Origin: Octopus sinensis
Lineage: Eukaryota
DNA: 64,000 nt
Reading direction: 5' to 3'
Assembly: GCF_006345805.1 (NCBI RefSeq)
Contig: NC_043002.1
Span: 45,260,001-45,324,000, forward strand
Under the pieces are notes generated by a model that searched no databases, was not told where the DNA came from, and saw only the letters and a list, made by a program, of their open reading frames with translations. Position 1 is the stretch's first letter, and every line of letters starts with the position of its first letter. The position numbers and the translations under genes were made by a program. Of the stretch, positions 37,152-51,650 are shown piece after piece.

Positions 37152-37337
37152 ACAAGGCAAAAATATAAAGCATCTTCTTTTGGCTTTCAAGAAAAAGTAA
37201 TTAAAAAGCATTTACATGTGTGTATGTGCATGCGTGCGCGTGCACGTGTGTGTGTATGTATGTGTGTGTGTATATACGCGTATATCTGTCATGAGCAAAG
37301 TTGAAAACAATATTGATATATATGTGTGAAATTTTAC

Positions 37338-37375
<38 letters not shown>

Positions 37376-37629
37376 ATGTTTGTCTGAACTGAATGAGATA
37401 GAGTTTTTTAGATTCCATTGTAGTTGGGTAGCGAGGCGCCGAATATATTCCTCTGTGTTAGAAGATCATTTATTTTTTCGGGTAGTGAGAGAGAGTGGGA
37501 AGGTTAGTGTTCGCTGTAGCGAAAAGACTTCTTGCTGAGCGTCCAGATAACGAATTTTTTTCTTGCTCATTTGCTGTTGCACGATAGCTGCATTGAAACA
37601 GTGCTTTACAGGAATCATCTCTTAAACAC

Positions 37630-37945
37630 CCCTAGATGACAACGACGACGACAACGACGACGAAGATGACGATGGCGATGATGATGATGATGATGATGAA
37701 GAGGAGGAGGAGGATAGACGACGACGACGACGATGATGATGACGACAACGATAAGTAGGAGGAAGGAGGAGACTGATAAGGATGATTATGGTAACGATGA
37801 TGATGATGATGCTGGTGGTAGTGGTGGTCGTGGTCGTAATGATGATGCGAAGCAGGAAGAGTACGTGGGTAGTCATGATGATGGCAGTGGTAGTGCTGGT
37901 GCTGGTGCTGGTGTTGGTGTGGGTATAATGATGATGTTGAGGATG
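37630..37945. repeat. GAT/GAC/GAG/GGT trinucleotide low-complexity tract
   Basis: Direct reading. Confidence 0.85.
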
Positions 37946-38526
37946 GTATCGATAAATCTTTAAAGATTTGTATTAGAATACTCATTTGAAAGCATGCACA
38001 CAAATTCTCCTCAGAGGTTTTTCTGATCATTCGGTACGCACACATCTTGATTAATTAACTGATACGCTTTGAGGCAACGAGGGAGAAAATTCTATTCAGT
38101 ACATCAAAATGCGGGAAATAGCAATTGTAAAACAATACTCTGCCGTCTTAATAAATGTTGTACTTATAGGATAATTTCGTTGACTCTCCTAAGGGTCATT
38201 GTGGATAATGTTTTCAATATATATATATAGTGTCTAATGAAAAGGCAAAAGAAAAAACTGAATCAAATTGGAACGTCTGTAATCATATATACGAATTATT
38301 TGAGATCCGAGCTAAGTTTGAACAACTATAACAGTGTCAACAATAACACCTAATATTACTTTTTTTAATTTTTTATATTAAGAATACCATATACGACAGA
38401 ACTGATAAATCAGCAGAGTCAATCGAGAGGTCAAGAGGTCAGAGTTTTTATCCAGGCCATAATACTGCGTCATGTTTATAACCAAGAACTGAGTACACCT
38501 GTAAACCCGGCTCCTCACACTCACAT

Positions 38527-38574
<48 letters not shown>

Positions 38575-38630
38575 TATAAACACGATATGTATGTATGTAT
38601 GTATGCATGTGTGTATGTTTACATACATAC

Positions 38631-38747
<117 letters not shown>

Positions 38748-38919
38748 TACACATACACAAGCACATATATTTGAAAACAAGTTAGTTTGCGGCGTGTATA
38801 TCACGTGATCCAAGCAGTTCAAGCTGTGGAAGGTACCCGCTGAGGTTGGCAGTATCGCGTTAGTTGATACGCTGATATGTTGTTCGTTGTTTCACTCCAT
38901 ATGTGATTTGAAAACCGCA

Positions 38920-39065
38920 CAGATGAACATTCAATGTAGACTAATTCGGGAACTTATGCTGTACAAGTTCGAACTGAGCTATGATGCCCCGGAAGCAACC
39001 AAAAGCATTTGTCATACAGAATGTAAAGGCACAGTTGATCACAATACAGTAACCAATTGGTTCGA
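38920..39065 (+). mobile_element. Mariner transposase N-terminal fragment
   Basis: MNIQCRLIRELMLYKFEL...EATKSIC....GTVDHNTVTNWF resembles the first mariner HTH. Confidence 0.55.
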
Positions 39066-39566
39066 CAGTATCAGAAGAGCACGGCATTTCACAAACGTAT
39101 ACCATTGTGCGGCATTGGTTAACAGGCATTGGTTAACTAGGCATTGGTTAACAGAAAGCAAACTCTTTTGCAGCAAGACAACATAAGACTTTATGTCAAT
39201 CAAACAGCCCCGAATACACTCCAGGAGCTTAAGGGAATCGAGTCGATGTCACTACGGTGAAGTATCAATAGGTTCGAGTCAAAATAGGATCTTACTTCTT
39301 TGTTGTCTCTCACGCGGCGCCTCATTAATCAAGAGGAGGTGGAAATTTCATCCGAGGTGTTTATATCATTTGACCAAACACCAAAGAAGTAAGCAGCCAA
39401 TTCGTTTATATATTCAACAAAGCCGCTAGATACATGGAACTGAAGCTACTAATATGCATATCACAAGTCTTTAAAACTTTGTTTTTAATAATGGGGATCT
39501 CAGTCCACGCAGTATCAAATATATGTGTGTTTACTTATGCACGTATGTATCTACGTTTGCATGTGC

Positions 39567-39649
<83 letters not shown>

Positions 39650-40956
39650 CGTGTGTGTGTGTGTGTGTGTAAAGTTGAGTGTAGCTGGATTTGAACACAG
39701 AACGCAAAGGAATGTCAGTTAAGTATCAAATGTCCTTCATTTGTTCCTTTACCATTTTTACCACTCGTTTTTTTTTCAGTTCTCTAAATACGATCCAACG
39801 AGAGAGCCTCTGCGTGGAGTCCTGTCCGCTAGAAATAGCAGCCAAATCTCCCTCAACTTACACTCTACCGCCGGAGAAAGAAAACAACACATTGTCTAAT
39901 GTATCTCCGTTAAAAAGACAAAATGATCATGGTCTTTGGTTATAGGTCTCTGTAATCACGCTTGTCCCAGTGTTAAACAACTTCTTCGTTTATTGTACGT
40001 TTATTAAATAAAATTTAGTAAAAAACAACATTTAATCTAGAAACAATTTTCGTTTCTTTTCATGCTTTCTCAATGTTTTCTACTTTCCTGGAGGGCCTTT
40101 TATAGAATATGAATGAATCCTGTAAGCACTGAACATACTGGATTCATTATCCAGTTTCGGTTCCCAGTCGATACCACTTACTTCCTTTCATTCGTATCCT
40201 TAATCCCTTTGCTATATTATAAAGTATGATCGTCTGCTTTTACTTGTAAATTCAAGTTATTGTGACTACGTAAGGAATCAATAATGCTTATTGGGCTGAT
40301 GCATTGCAATAGTTTTATATTTGTCGCCATTAACATGAGAGAACTTCTAAAGGAAATTTGGCGTTGGGGCTTGAAGATTGTAAATCCTTAATTACTGGTT
40401 CCGTTGGCATGCTTATGCAAGGAGAAATTTTAGCAGAATGCAAATGAAGCACTTTCTACCTGACTTAGCAAAAACGAAGCAAACATAGATCGTTACATTT
40501 TATAATAGAGCAAAATGTATTGATACGAAGGAAACTCATGAGAGACAACAAAGAAGTAAGATCCTATTTTGAATCGAACCAATTGATATTTCACTGTAAT
40601 GACTACTATATTGTGCGTCCTTTACAGGAATACATACTCCCCACAATCATGTTTAGAATGGCACTCATAGAATTTACAGATTGTTTTGAATTCGATCTTA
40701 TGCACAGTCCACATCTTATATGTCGTCTTTTAATTTAATTTTGACTCAGTTTTGACAAAGAATTTCTTATTATATGATGCAGAGAATAGTGACTTTCAGC
40801 CATTTTAACCCAACCACCCTAAATTATCAATACGCATAGAGAATTATTCATTGAAGTTCTTTTTTTTTTTTTCAGTGTATGATTTGTGTAAGAGATCAAA
40901 TTTACTTGTGTGTGTATGTGTATGTGTCTGTGTATCTGGGTATGTCTGTGTGTGTG

Positions 40957-40995
<39 letters not shown>

Positions 40996-41078
40996 ACACG
41001 ACAGCAAAATTAGCAATTCGTGCAGAAGCTGTATAAATTACTGAAATACATACATACATACATACATACATACATACA

Positions 41079-41110
<32 letters not shown>

Positions 41111-41126
41111 CATATGTATGTATGTA

Positions 41127-41186
<60 letters not shown>

Positions 41187-41718
41187 TGTATGTATGTATG
41201 TATGTATGTATGTATGCTAAAATGCATAAAAAATATCGGAAGACATAAATATTTTTACAATATATATTAATTAATTCTATACTCCAAAATTTTGCCATTA
41301 ATGATTAAATAAATCAATTAATTAATCAATCAGTTCATGAATTAACCTTCCGAGGATCTTCAGTAGAATCGGTGGGACATATAATTATAAAATTCGAATA
41401 CGTACCGAAGCAAAAAGAAAACACGTGCATACTGAGTTTCATCGTTATACATTAAGAATTCAAATCAAATTACCTCAATCAGCGTGCCGAGCCAGAATAA
41501 TACAGCAGTGAATATAAATTCAACAGGGAATTATCTGGGTATAGAATTAACTGATATTTTAATTCTTTCAAATTGTCCTACTCGCTTACAATCAAAGTGC
41601 CCTAAATAAGAACGTGCTTTTGTGGTTTCGGAATTTGACTGGCCTTTTTAGCATGTAAGAAAACCACATAGTCGTTATCACTCCGTGTATAAATTTCAAA
41701 CACTTATATTTATTGTAA

Positions 41719-41782
<64 letters not shown>

Positions 41783-41814
41783 ATGTTTGTGTGTGAGTAT
41801 GTATTGTGTATTTG

Positions 41815-42010
41815 TGTTTGTGTTTGTACCCCACCATCGCTTGACAACCTATGTTGGTGTGTTTACGTCCCCGTAATTTAGCGATTCGTCAAAAGATACT
41901 GATAGAATAATTACTAGGCTTACAAGCAACAAGTCCTGGGGTCAATTTATTGGACTAAAGCTGGTGCTCCAGCATGGTTGCAGTCAAATGACCGAAACAA
42001 GTAAAAGAAA
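41815..42010 (+). mobile_element. SINE family B tail half
   Basis: cgcttgacaacc...gcagtcaaatgaccgaaacaagtaaaag. Confidence 0.8.
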
Positions 42011-42143
42011 ATATATATACATATATGTATATGTGTGTGTATGTATGTGCGTGTTTGTGTGTGTGTTTGTGTGTGTGTTTGTATGTGTGTTTGTGTGTGT
42101 GTTTGTATGTGTGTGTGTGTGCGTGTGTGTGTGTGTGTGTGTA

Positions 42144-43412
42144 CAGGGGTTGGATAAAATAATGGAAACACCTAGCATCATAGCATTATAATTTTGAAAT
42201 ATCTCTAAAACCGTCAAAAGCTTGTTTATTTTTATGCTTTTGATTTTATTATTAGTGTTGCTTAATATGTTTTGCCAAAATTGCTGATTCTTTTCAGATA
42301 TCATCAGAAAAAGGTAATTGAAGTTCATTAAAATGACAGATTTATCGGACTTTCAAAGAAGTCAAATTTTTGGTGCTCGTATGGCAGGCGCTAGCGTAAC
42401 GAAAACAGCCGAAATATTTGGTGTATCAAGAGGTACTGTCTCGAAAGTAATGACAGCCTTTGAAAAAGAGGGAAAAATCTCCTCGTCAAAACAAAACCCT
42501 GGAAGAAAACCAAAGCTTTCAGATAAGGACCGTCGGACTCTTACGCGAATTGTTAGAAAGGATCACAAAAGTACAGCTCGCAAAATTACTGCAGAGCTTA
42601 ATGACCGCCTAGAGAACCCAGTTTCCACAATAACCGTTCGCCGGGAGCAGCACAAAGCCGGATTTCACGGGAGGATTGCAATCAGAAAACCAATATTTCA
42701 AAAACAAACGTTGCAAATCGTTTAAAGTGGAGTAAAAACCTATAGAATTGGTTCCTAGATCAGTGGAAGAATGTTATCTTCACGGACGCGTCAAATTTTG
42801 CCTTATTTCCGACCACCGACCGAGTATACGTGTGGAGACAGCCTACAGAAACATTTGACCCAGACTGCCTCTTCCAGCTGTTAAATATGGAGGAGGATCT
42901 GTGATGATCTGGGGTGGGGTGGCTATATCTTGGAAATCCACCGGCCCAATGGTTTCCCTTTATAGTAGAATTAATAGTCAATACTATTTAAGCATTTTAC
43001 CTGATCAAATTCATCCTATGATTGCGGAACTGTTTCCAGGGGGAAATCACAATCTTTCAGGATGATAATGCTCCAATTCACACAGCTAAAGTTGTAACTG
43101 AATGGAACGAGGAACATTCTAGTGAAATTGAACATCTTATCTGGTTTCCAGACCTCAATATTATTGAACATTTATGGTGCATTTTAGAAAAACAAGTAAG
43201 GAGGCGATATCCTCCACCATCATCACTACAAGAATTGGAGACTATTTTAGCTAAAGAATGGAAAAAAATTCCTTTGGAAACAATTCAAAGTTTGTACGAG
43301 TCCATACCCCATAGAATTCAAGCTGAAATTACTACCAAAAGCGGTCCTACCCCATATTAAGATAAATTTGTTTGAAATTTTAAGGTGCTTCCATTATTTT
43401 GTCCAAGCCCTG
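42144..43412 (+). mobile_element. Tc1-like transposon (DD34E type), both TIRs, frameshifted transposase
   Basis: TIRs cagg(g/c)(t)ttgga(t/c)aaaataatggaa(a/g)cacc; TA on both sides; HTH N-terminus, VIFTDAS, FQDDNAPIHTAK, PDLNIIEHLW. Confidence 0.92.
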
Positions 43413-43428
43413 TATGTATATATATATG

Positions 43429-43462
<34 letters not shown>

Positions 43463-43494
43463 GTGTGTGTGTGTATGTATATATATATACGTTT

Positions 43495-46281
43495 ATATAT
43501 TTGTTGTGCAAGATTTTTTATGTGAAGTCGTGTGTTGAAACAGATATTGTTATATTTCGGAATGGTCATTTTGCCAGTTTAGCCAATAAAATCACACGCA
43601 CTATATATTTGGTGTTACTTTGCTTCAGTGTTATTTATTTTTTACATTAATCTTAATCTTATTTCGGCCAGAGTTCTTTCGTCACACTCCTGTGACCGCA
43701 TCAGTGGTACTTTGTTTTCTTCTTTCTTATTTGTGTCTCTCCTTACTAACCGTCAGCCATTTTGTATTTCTATTGTGTGTCTTCATTTGCGCATGTTTAT
43801 AACTCTATGTGCGTCTATGTTTATTTAGTGTGTGGGGGGATCCCTGTAATATTTGTATCTTCGGTTTATATACGTTCATGTAATTTGTTTTTGTTGTTTT
43901 TGTTTATTCTTATTTTGTTCATGTGTTTACATCCCTTTATTATTATCATTACATATGTATGTATAACAACAATACTAGTAATAATAATAATAATAAATCC
44001 CCAAAAAAAATTTTTTAATAAAAAAATAAAAAAATAAAAGTAAAAAATAAAAATAATAATAATAATAATATAGTTATTTATTTATATTTGTTTATTTATC
44101 TGTGTATTTATTATGTTATCGGGATCCTCTACCGTCATATGTTGTGGTGTGTGCTAGTGTTCCATTCTAGTTTTCTATTCAGGCTAGGTTTATTTTCTAT
44201 TATGTGTGTAGCTTCTGTAATTTGTCTGATTGTTGCATCTGTTCTATGTGTGGACATTATTTTAATTTCTATGTTGTTGATTGATCCCCCGTGTTCCTGT
44301 TCGGCGTGTTGGTACAGAATCGATGAGCTTTTACCTTCCTTGAGTTGTCTCCAATGTCCATTTACCCGCTCTCCTATGCTTCTTGCCGTTTCCCCTACGT
44401 ATGTCGTTGTCTTGTTACTGCATCGTCCCTCTATACATCTTATACTATAGACTATATTTCTGGCTTTACAGTTAGTTTGTGGGCTAAATCTACATACAGT
44501 ACTTATCCGTACAGGGGGTTCTACTAAAAGGATAGGTTCTACCAATTATAGATTTGATAGGGTTGCCTGGCTTTTCAACAACCTTAATCCTTAGCTTAAG
44601 TTTGTCTAGGGTCCTTCTAAAGCGGTACTCCAGTTCACCTCCAGGGGTGATGTCAACGAATATGACACTCTGGTATTTATGGCTATCATACCAAGAGTTG
44701 GCCTTCCCTATTTTCTTTTTTGTCCTTTCTCTAGTGTTCCATGACTTGTTCCTATAGAGTGGGCAAATCCCATTCCTATCATTACATAATATATTATCAA
44801 ATTTCTTCATGGTTCCTTTGTATACTCTGATCCATTCTTTATGGCTGTAACCTGAGAACTGCATGCGGTGAATGAAATATTGTATGTGTCTCTTTAACTC
44901 TGTAGGCTCGCACGTGCATGACACATTTCTCATTATTCTGACGAGGTCTACCATCAAAATATTGAATTTGGCATTGTCCGCAATGGCTGAGTTCCGGTGT
45001 ATCAAGTATTTTGAGGCCATAGGTTTGGCATAGTATGAATGAAGGATTTGGGTTTTATTATTCACAATTTCTAGCCAGAGTTCAGTGTCTAGTACTGGTA
45101 GTCTATGGTTGGGGTGTTTAGTGGGGTAGTCTATTGTGACCTTAATACTCTGGTGGATGGAGTTAGCTATTTGCTGGATGCTCTCCATAGTATTAGTTTC
45201 TATTACTATATCAACAGTACTCTCTTGTGGGGATGCTTTTACCACTATGTTGATATCATCAACATAGCGAGAGTACATGTTTACGAGTATGGAGTTCTGT
45301 GCTAGGCGTTCTTTAAGCCTTCTGTTTATCTAGGTATTCATTGTTACATGTCAGTCTCAGTAGGAGGCCCAGTTCCTCTGTGTTGACATTACGGAACTCC
45401 ACCTGGCTCTCGTTGATCATCTCTACGCACTTCTCCACCGCAAAATCTACGTCGATCGATGGGTATAGGGATACCACATCCATGCTACCCACCATACATC
45501 CTGTCAGGTCACAAGTGTTGTTACAGTCATTGATCCTGCTGAGGAGATTTTCTGTGCTGTCACAAACATCAGGTGACATCCGGATTATAGGGCGTATGAT
45601 CATTGAGAGGAAGTAGGAGATTCTGTAATTGCTAGCGATATTCGCTCCACAGACTGGTCTTGTTGGTGGTCCTGCTATAGGGTCAGTGGTTACTTTATGG
45701 TCCTTGCGAAGTCCATACAGTGCCGGGATATTGTTCCAGGCTTGGAAATTATTTGCTGTACGTTTCTGGGGTCCCAGAAGAATTGTCCACATCATCATGT
45801 GGGCGTTGAGGACCTTTTCTCTCTCCTCATGCGCCTGTAAAGTTGATATTTTTGTATTGGCGATATGAGGTTGCATTGCCTGGATGTAAACACATGAACA
45901 AAATAAGAATAAACAAAAACAACAAAAACAAATTACATGAACGTATATAAACAGAAGATACAAATATTACAGGCATCCCCCCCACACACACACATACTAA
46001 ATAAACATAGACGCACATAGAGTTATAAGCATGCGCAAATGAAGACACACAATAGAAATACAAAATGGCTGACGGTTAGTAAGGAGAGACACAAATAAGA
46101 AAGAAGAAAACAAAGGACCACTGATGCGGTCACAGGAGTGTGACGAAAGAACTCTGGCCGAAATAAGATTAAGATTAATGTAAAAAATAAATAACACTGA
46201 AGCAAAGTAACACCAAATATATAGTGCGTGTGATTTTATTGGCTAAACTGGCAAAACGACCATTCCGAAATATAACAATAT
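43495..46281 (-). mobile_element. PLE with RT and C-terminal GIY-YIG, sense 3' repeat and inverted 5' repeat
   Basis: GSMDVVSLYPSI (45313-45963), RYVDD (44490-45278), NIVYSIRC..YVGETAR..ER..H (44135-44545); 43544-43934 and 45882-46281 are ~98% identical inverted repeats. Confidence 0.92.
46118..46157 (+). ncRNA. Hammerhead-like motif with A9C variant (second copy at 43668-43707, - strand)
   Basis: CCA-CUGAUGC-G-GUCAC-AGGAGU-GUGAC-GAA-AG-AA-CU-C-UGG. Confidence 0.55.
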
Positions 46282-46789
46282 ATATATATATATATGTAGT
46301 TTACTTTTCCGCTACGGTAAGATAAAAAAAATTACTCTATCCAGTGAGAGATAAATATCATTTATTATACACAGTATAAGAATATGAGTTATTAATAGTT
46401 TCATGAGGGGATTCTAGGCAGTTTTGTAATAACACGCCTCCTGTAATGTTCAGGCTCTGAGCATGTGGTCTACTCAATTCACAAATTAGGACACTGGAAC
46501 AAGACGAGTCACGAGAGAAAACGAGAAGAATGTAGGTGCAGAAAATGAATGGGTGAAAAAACAGAAAAAGAAAAGAGAAAATGTTATTTATACCCTCTTT
46601 GACCATAAAGTCATAATAAAGCTATTTGCTGCAGAATAATTCAATGGAGAGTGATTCACAAGTCTGCGAGACAACTAGTCAATCCAGAGAAGGTGGTGTC
46701 CTCCAGTGCGCCATTTGTCCATATGTTGGCATTTTCTGCAAATTTCTGATCTGGGACTCGTAGTGCGACGGAATTCTTAAGTATAAAAA

Positions 46790-47020
46790 GAATATGTGAT
46801 CTTTCAGCTGCATACTAGCTGCATTTCGTAGATCCATTAACATAAGCTATGGATTATTCTACAATTCTTCACTTGATTGTATGTGGTGTAGAGTCAGTCT
46901 TCAAACCCCATACGTAGCTAGCCACCTTGGTGGGTTTACTTTTGTCGTTGTACTGGAAAGATGATGGGTGGCTATCAAACCGAAAAGAAGAATTACATCG
47001 GGTAATGCGATGCACATTAA
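46790..47020 (-). mobile_element. PLE GIY-YIG endonuclease C-terminal fragment
   Basis: RCNSSFRF...KPTKVASYVWGLK...HTIK*RIVE*SIAYVNGSTKC. Confidence 0.55.
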
Positions 47021-47154
47021 ATGGAATATATATACATGTGTGTGTAAGTGCGTGTGTATGTATGTATATATGTATGCATGTATGTATGTATGATTGATTG
47101 ATTGATTCCAGTTTCAGCTCATGAGCTGTGGCCATGCTGGGGCACCGCCATTTA

Positions 47155-47194
<40 letters not shown>

Positions 47195-47282
47195 CATGCA
47201 TGTGTATATATGTATATGTATATATATGTGTGTGTGTGTGTCTGTGTATGTATGAATATGTATATATATATATATATAATAT

Positions 47283-47328
<46 letters not shown>

Positions 47329-47330
47329 CA

Positions 47331-48569
47331 CAAGGTGCCCCAGAAGTCACGCACCATTCTGGTTTTCATTAAAAATAATTGACGCAATTTATTTTATTTT
47401 TCTAATTTATTTTATTTTATTCAATATTTTCTGTCGTTTCTATCTTTCAGATTGAATTATGGCTAATAAACTAAGAGTACAAGAAAGAGTTCAAATTGTT
47501 TTCATGTTTCGAAGAGATGGGGCAACACGCCTCTCAGTAGCTGAAGAATTCAACCGCAAGCACTCTGAGCGAGAACCATTGAGCCATACTACTGTCTGTC
47601 ATTTAATCAAACGTTTCCAAAACTGGTTCAGTTGCTGACCGTAAGAGATATGGGCGACCAAAGAGTGTAACTGATGAAGAAACATCCACTATTGTTTTGG
47701 TGAAAGTTGTTAGTAGTCCTGTGAAATTAGTCAGAAGAGTTAGCCAGGAGCTAAACATTAGCAAATCTTCAGTTCATCGTATTCTCAAGACTCACAAATT
47801 TCATCCGTACAAAGTGCATCTTGTGCAAGCTCTTCATGATGATAACAAAGATAGACGATTGGAATTCTGTGAATGTATTCGCACACATAGAGATTCTTCA
47901 ATATTCTTCAGTGATGAAGCCATTTTTCATTTGAACGGCCAAGTAAACCGGCACAATAGGTGCTATTGATCAGACAACAATCCACATTGGAATGAGGAGG
48001 GACACCATCAGAACAACCCGAGGATCATGGTCTGGGCCGGAATCTGGGGGTGGGGTTCATTGTTCCTTACTTTTTTAATGATAATGTCACTGCAGACCTT
48101 CTTGTTTAACTACCTTGAGGATGCTTCCATAGTTCGATCAAAAAACTTATTTTTTCAGCAGGATGGAGCCCCAGCACACTTTGCTAATTGCGTGTGTAAC
48201 TACTTAAACCAGATTTTTCTTAACAGATGGATTGGACGGAGAGGTTCCGTGGAGTGGCCAACCCGATCTCCAGATCTTACTTCCCTTGACTATTTGCTTT
48301 GGGGATATCTCAAATCTGTTGTGTACCAGAATCGTCCACGCACTCTTGATGATTTGAAGGATGCAATAACAACTGAGTGCCAAGAAAATCACTCTTTCGA
48401 TCCTCAAGAGTGTTACAGATAGTTTCATGAAGAGAAGTTATGCATGTTTCATTGCAGAGGATGCTCAATTTGAGCATTTATTGTAATTAATTTCAATAAA
48501 GTGTTTTTGAAATCAATAAAGGTACATTTTTTAAAAACCAGGATGGTGCATGACTTCTCGGACACCCTG
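47331..48569 (+). mobile_element. Tc1/mariner-superfamily DD41D (rosa-like) transposon, disrupted ORF
   Basis: TIRs caaggtgcccagaagtcacgcaccattctggtttt / RC cagggtgtccgagaagtcatgcaccatcctggtttt; FSDEA, QQDGAP, WIGRRG..WPTRSPDLTSLD with 41 residues between the 2nd and 3rd D. Confidence 0.9.
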
Positions 48570-48573
48570 TAAA

Positions 48574-48649
<76 letters not shown>

Positions 48650-48858
48650 AGATGCGTATGGGGAATATATATGCATTCGTTCGAATCACCCTGTTAGCCT
48701 GATATACGTAGACGTGCTACAAAGTTAATTGTCAAGATCTTTTTGATCCCACTACTTAATTATGCATACATATATATATGCGTGTGTGCACATATATTTA
48801 TATATATACATATATATAATATATATATATAATTTATATATATTTATATATATATATT

Positions 48859-48979
<121 letters not shown>

Positions 48980-49064
48980 ATATGTATATATATATGTATG
49001 TATGTATGTATGTATATATGTATGTATGTATATATGTATGTATTATGTATGTATACTCTTTTAG

Positions 49065-49103
49065 TCCCACTACAATTTTTAAGTGGAGCATTCGAAGAAT
49101 TCG
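49065..49103 (+). CDS. Candidate 39-nt phase 1-1 coding exon ([14 protein letters not shown])
   Basis: ctcttttag acceptor and cg|gtaagt donor; frame compatible with the 10889-10965 exon (joined: ...[17 protein letters not shown]). Confidence 0.45.
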
Positions 49104-49422
49104 GTAAGTTTTTCCACATAAAACCATTGGTGGCACAGTTAATCTACAGATAAGCACACATTCTCGCTATTGAATACTATCATGTGTGCGCGTGTGGTGT
49201 ACTTGTGTGTGTGTGTGAATGTGTATGCGTGTGTGTATGTGTGTGTATGTTGGAATGAATGTATGCATGTATATAGACCGTTAAATTGAATGGAAATGGG
49301 TGGTTGTATGTTTGAATGTATGTATACATGTATATATTTGTATCTGTTTTTGTGTATCTGTTTCTGCGTCTCACTATGCTTGTATTTGCCTCTGTGTGTG
49401 TATGTATGTCTGTGTGTGTGCG

Positions 49423-49485
<63 letters not shown>

Positions 49486-50260
49486 TGTGTGTGTGTGTGT
49501 GTGTTTCGGTGTGTGTTCAAATGTAAATAGTTATCCAAAAGTCACCAGACATAAATGATTGCTTGCCATAATAGTCTTTAAATTCAACCAAATCTTCCTA
49601 GCCTATCCAAGCTACGTCCTCCCTCCTATAAAAATCGATGCATTATTAACAACAGATATTATACCATTAAAGAATACTATATGTAGATTGCTTGTTGATC
49701 TACATCTTCGTTAATTAAATTTTATTTTCGCTAATCTAGAACTAAACACTGAATTCGTGTTCGCATTTGAAACCAAATGAAACGTGTTAATACAAAAAAA
49801 AATAATAATTGCATTTGCCGTCTAGGTTAACAAATACTAAATTTAACTTAATTAGGAAAATATATTCTTTTCATGTAAAGCTTTCAATAATAGCTTTTGA
49901 CAATGTGCCAGCATTTAGACGTTTTCGTGTACATTAATATATGAAACCATTAATGTTTCTTTTCATGTAATATAGAGTAAATGATAATCACTAGAGTAGG
50001 TGGTGAGCAGCCGATGAGCTATTTTCTAATAGTTTGTTCGATTCTTGTTTTAAATTACTTCGTTTTTTTTTAAGTTGCTCTTAGTCTTGAGAATGAGATG
50101 AATACTACGATTTTGGCATAGTTCTTAAGAAATCAGATAAATGACTAGTTTATTCACTTTCGGATGTGTCATTTTAGAAAATCATGATATAGAAGATTAT
50201 ACACTTTATCTCGCTGGAGTTAATAGTATATGTATTGTTGATGTATATCAATAATACTTA

Positions 50261-51548
50261 CGAGGGACGTTCAATAAGTAATGCCCCTGACACTCTTGCA
50301 GTTGTTTGATCTAGCTGAAATTTTGCATGTGCAATTATTTATATCTCTATAGATTAAGTGACAAATTACAGCTCTGAACTAATTGTGGTTTCTGATTTAC
50401 AGGTGTTTGAACTGAGTCAAGTGTGAAATGGAGCCTGTTGAGTGTCGAGCAGTAATCTGGTTTTTGTATTTGAAAGGATGCACACCACAGGGGACTTTTG
50501 ATGAAATGAAAGTAACTTATGGTGATGATGCCCCATCATATGACCTTGTAAAACACTGGCATCGTGAATTCAAACATGGTCGGAACTCTGTGGAAACAGC
50601 TTCCAGATCTGGTCGCCCCTCTTCTGCCATTGATGAGGCATCTGTCCGTCAAGTTGAGGCTGCCATTTTGGAAGATCGACGCATAACAATTCGCCAAATA
50701 GCCCATGAGGTCAAGATTAGTACCGGGTCTGTGGAAACTATCATTCATGACCATTTGCATATGCAAAAGGTGTCTGCTAGATGGATTCCCAGGTTGCTCA
50801 CACCTTTCCAGAAGCAAGAACGCGTCGAGTGCTCGTGGATGAATTTGGAGATGTGCCAAGAAGATGAGTCAAACGTTTTCAAAAGACTGATTACACAGGA
50901 TGAAACCTGGGTCCATCACTATGATCCAGAGACCAAAGCCCAGTCAATGCAGTGGAAGCACCGTGACTCACCTCCTCCAAAGAAGGCAAGGGTGCAGCCC
51001 TTCGCTGGCAAGGTCATGCTCACAGTCTTCTGGGACCAGGACGGAGTAGTGATGACAGATTTCCTGGCAAAGGGTACTACAATTACAGGAGCCTATTATG
51101 CTTCACTTTTGAGGAAATTAAGAGAAGCTATCAAAATCAAGAGGCGGGGCAAGATCAGCAAAAGCATTCTCCTCCTGCAGGACAACGCTCCGGTCCACAA
51201 CTCGCGTGTCGCCAGATCAGAAGCACAGGCGTGCGGCTATGAACTCCTCTCCCATCCCCCTACTCTCCTGACCTTGCACCCTCTGATTTTCACCTCTTCC
51301 CAGTCATGAAGTTGTTTTTGAAAGGAAAGCGTTTCCCAGATGATGCAGCCTTGATTTCTGAAGTCACGTCGTGGTTGGAGGACCAAGCTGGGGTCTTCTA
51401 CAAAAACGGTCTCCAGAGCTGCATCAAACGATGGGAGAAATGCGTAACTCAGGGTGGTTCCTATGAAAAAGACTAATAACTATGCTAAGTTTCGTTGCTC
51501 TACTGCTATGGGGAGTGGGTAAGGGCATTACTTATTGAACGCTCTTCG
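50261..51548 (+). mobile_element. Full-length mariner (DD34D), 1288 bp
   Basis: TIRs cga(g/a)g(g/a)(a/g)cgttcaataagtaatgccc, TA on both sides; WIPRLL, QDETWVHHY, QDNAPVH. Confidence 0.95.
50428..51477 (+). pseudogene. Mariner transposase with one -1 frameshift at ~51255
   Basis: catccccctac has 5 C where 6 would restore HPPYSPDLAPSDFHLF...RWEKCV...YEKD*. Confidence 0.85.
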
Positions 51549-51650
51549 TATAATATCGATTCCAATTGATTTGATCGCATACTTATAATGGTATGTGATC
51601 GAATGGCCCGATGAAAACTTGAATGATTACAATGTTACTGCCCTTGATAT

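Noticed and set aside
37630-37963. Asp/Gly/Ser/His-rich ORFs
   Set aside because: Trinucleotide low-complexity DNA without splice or domain support
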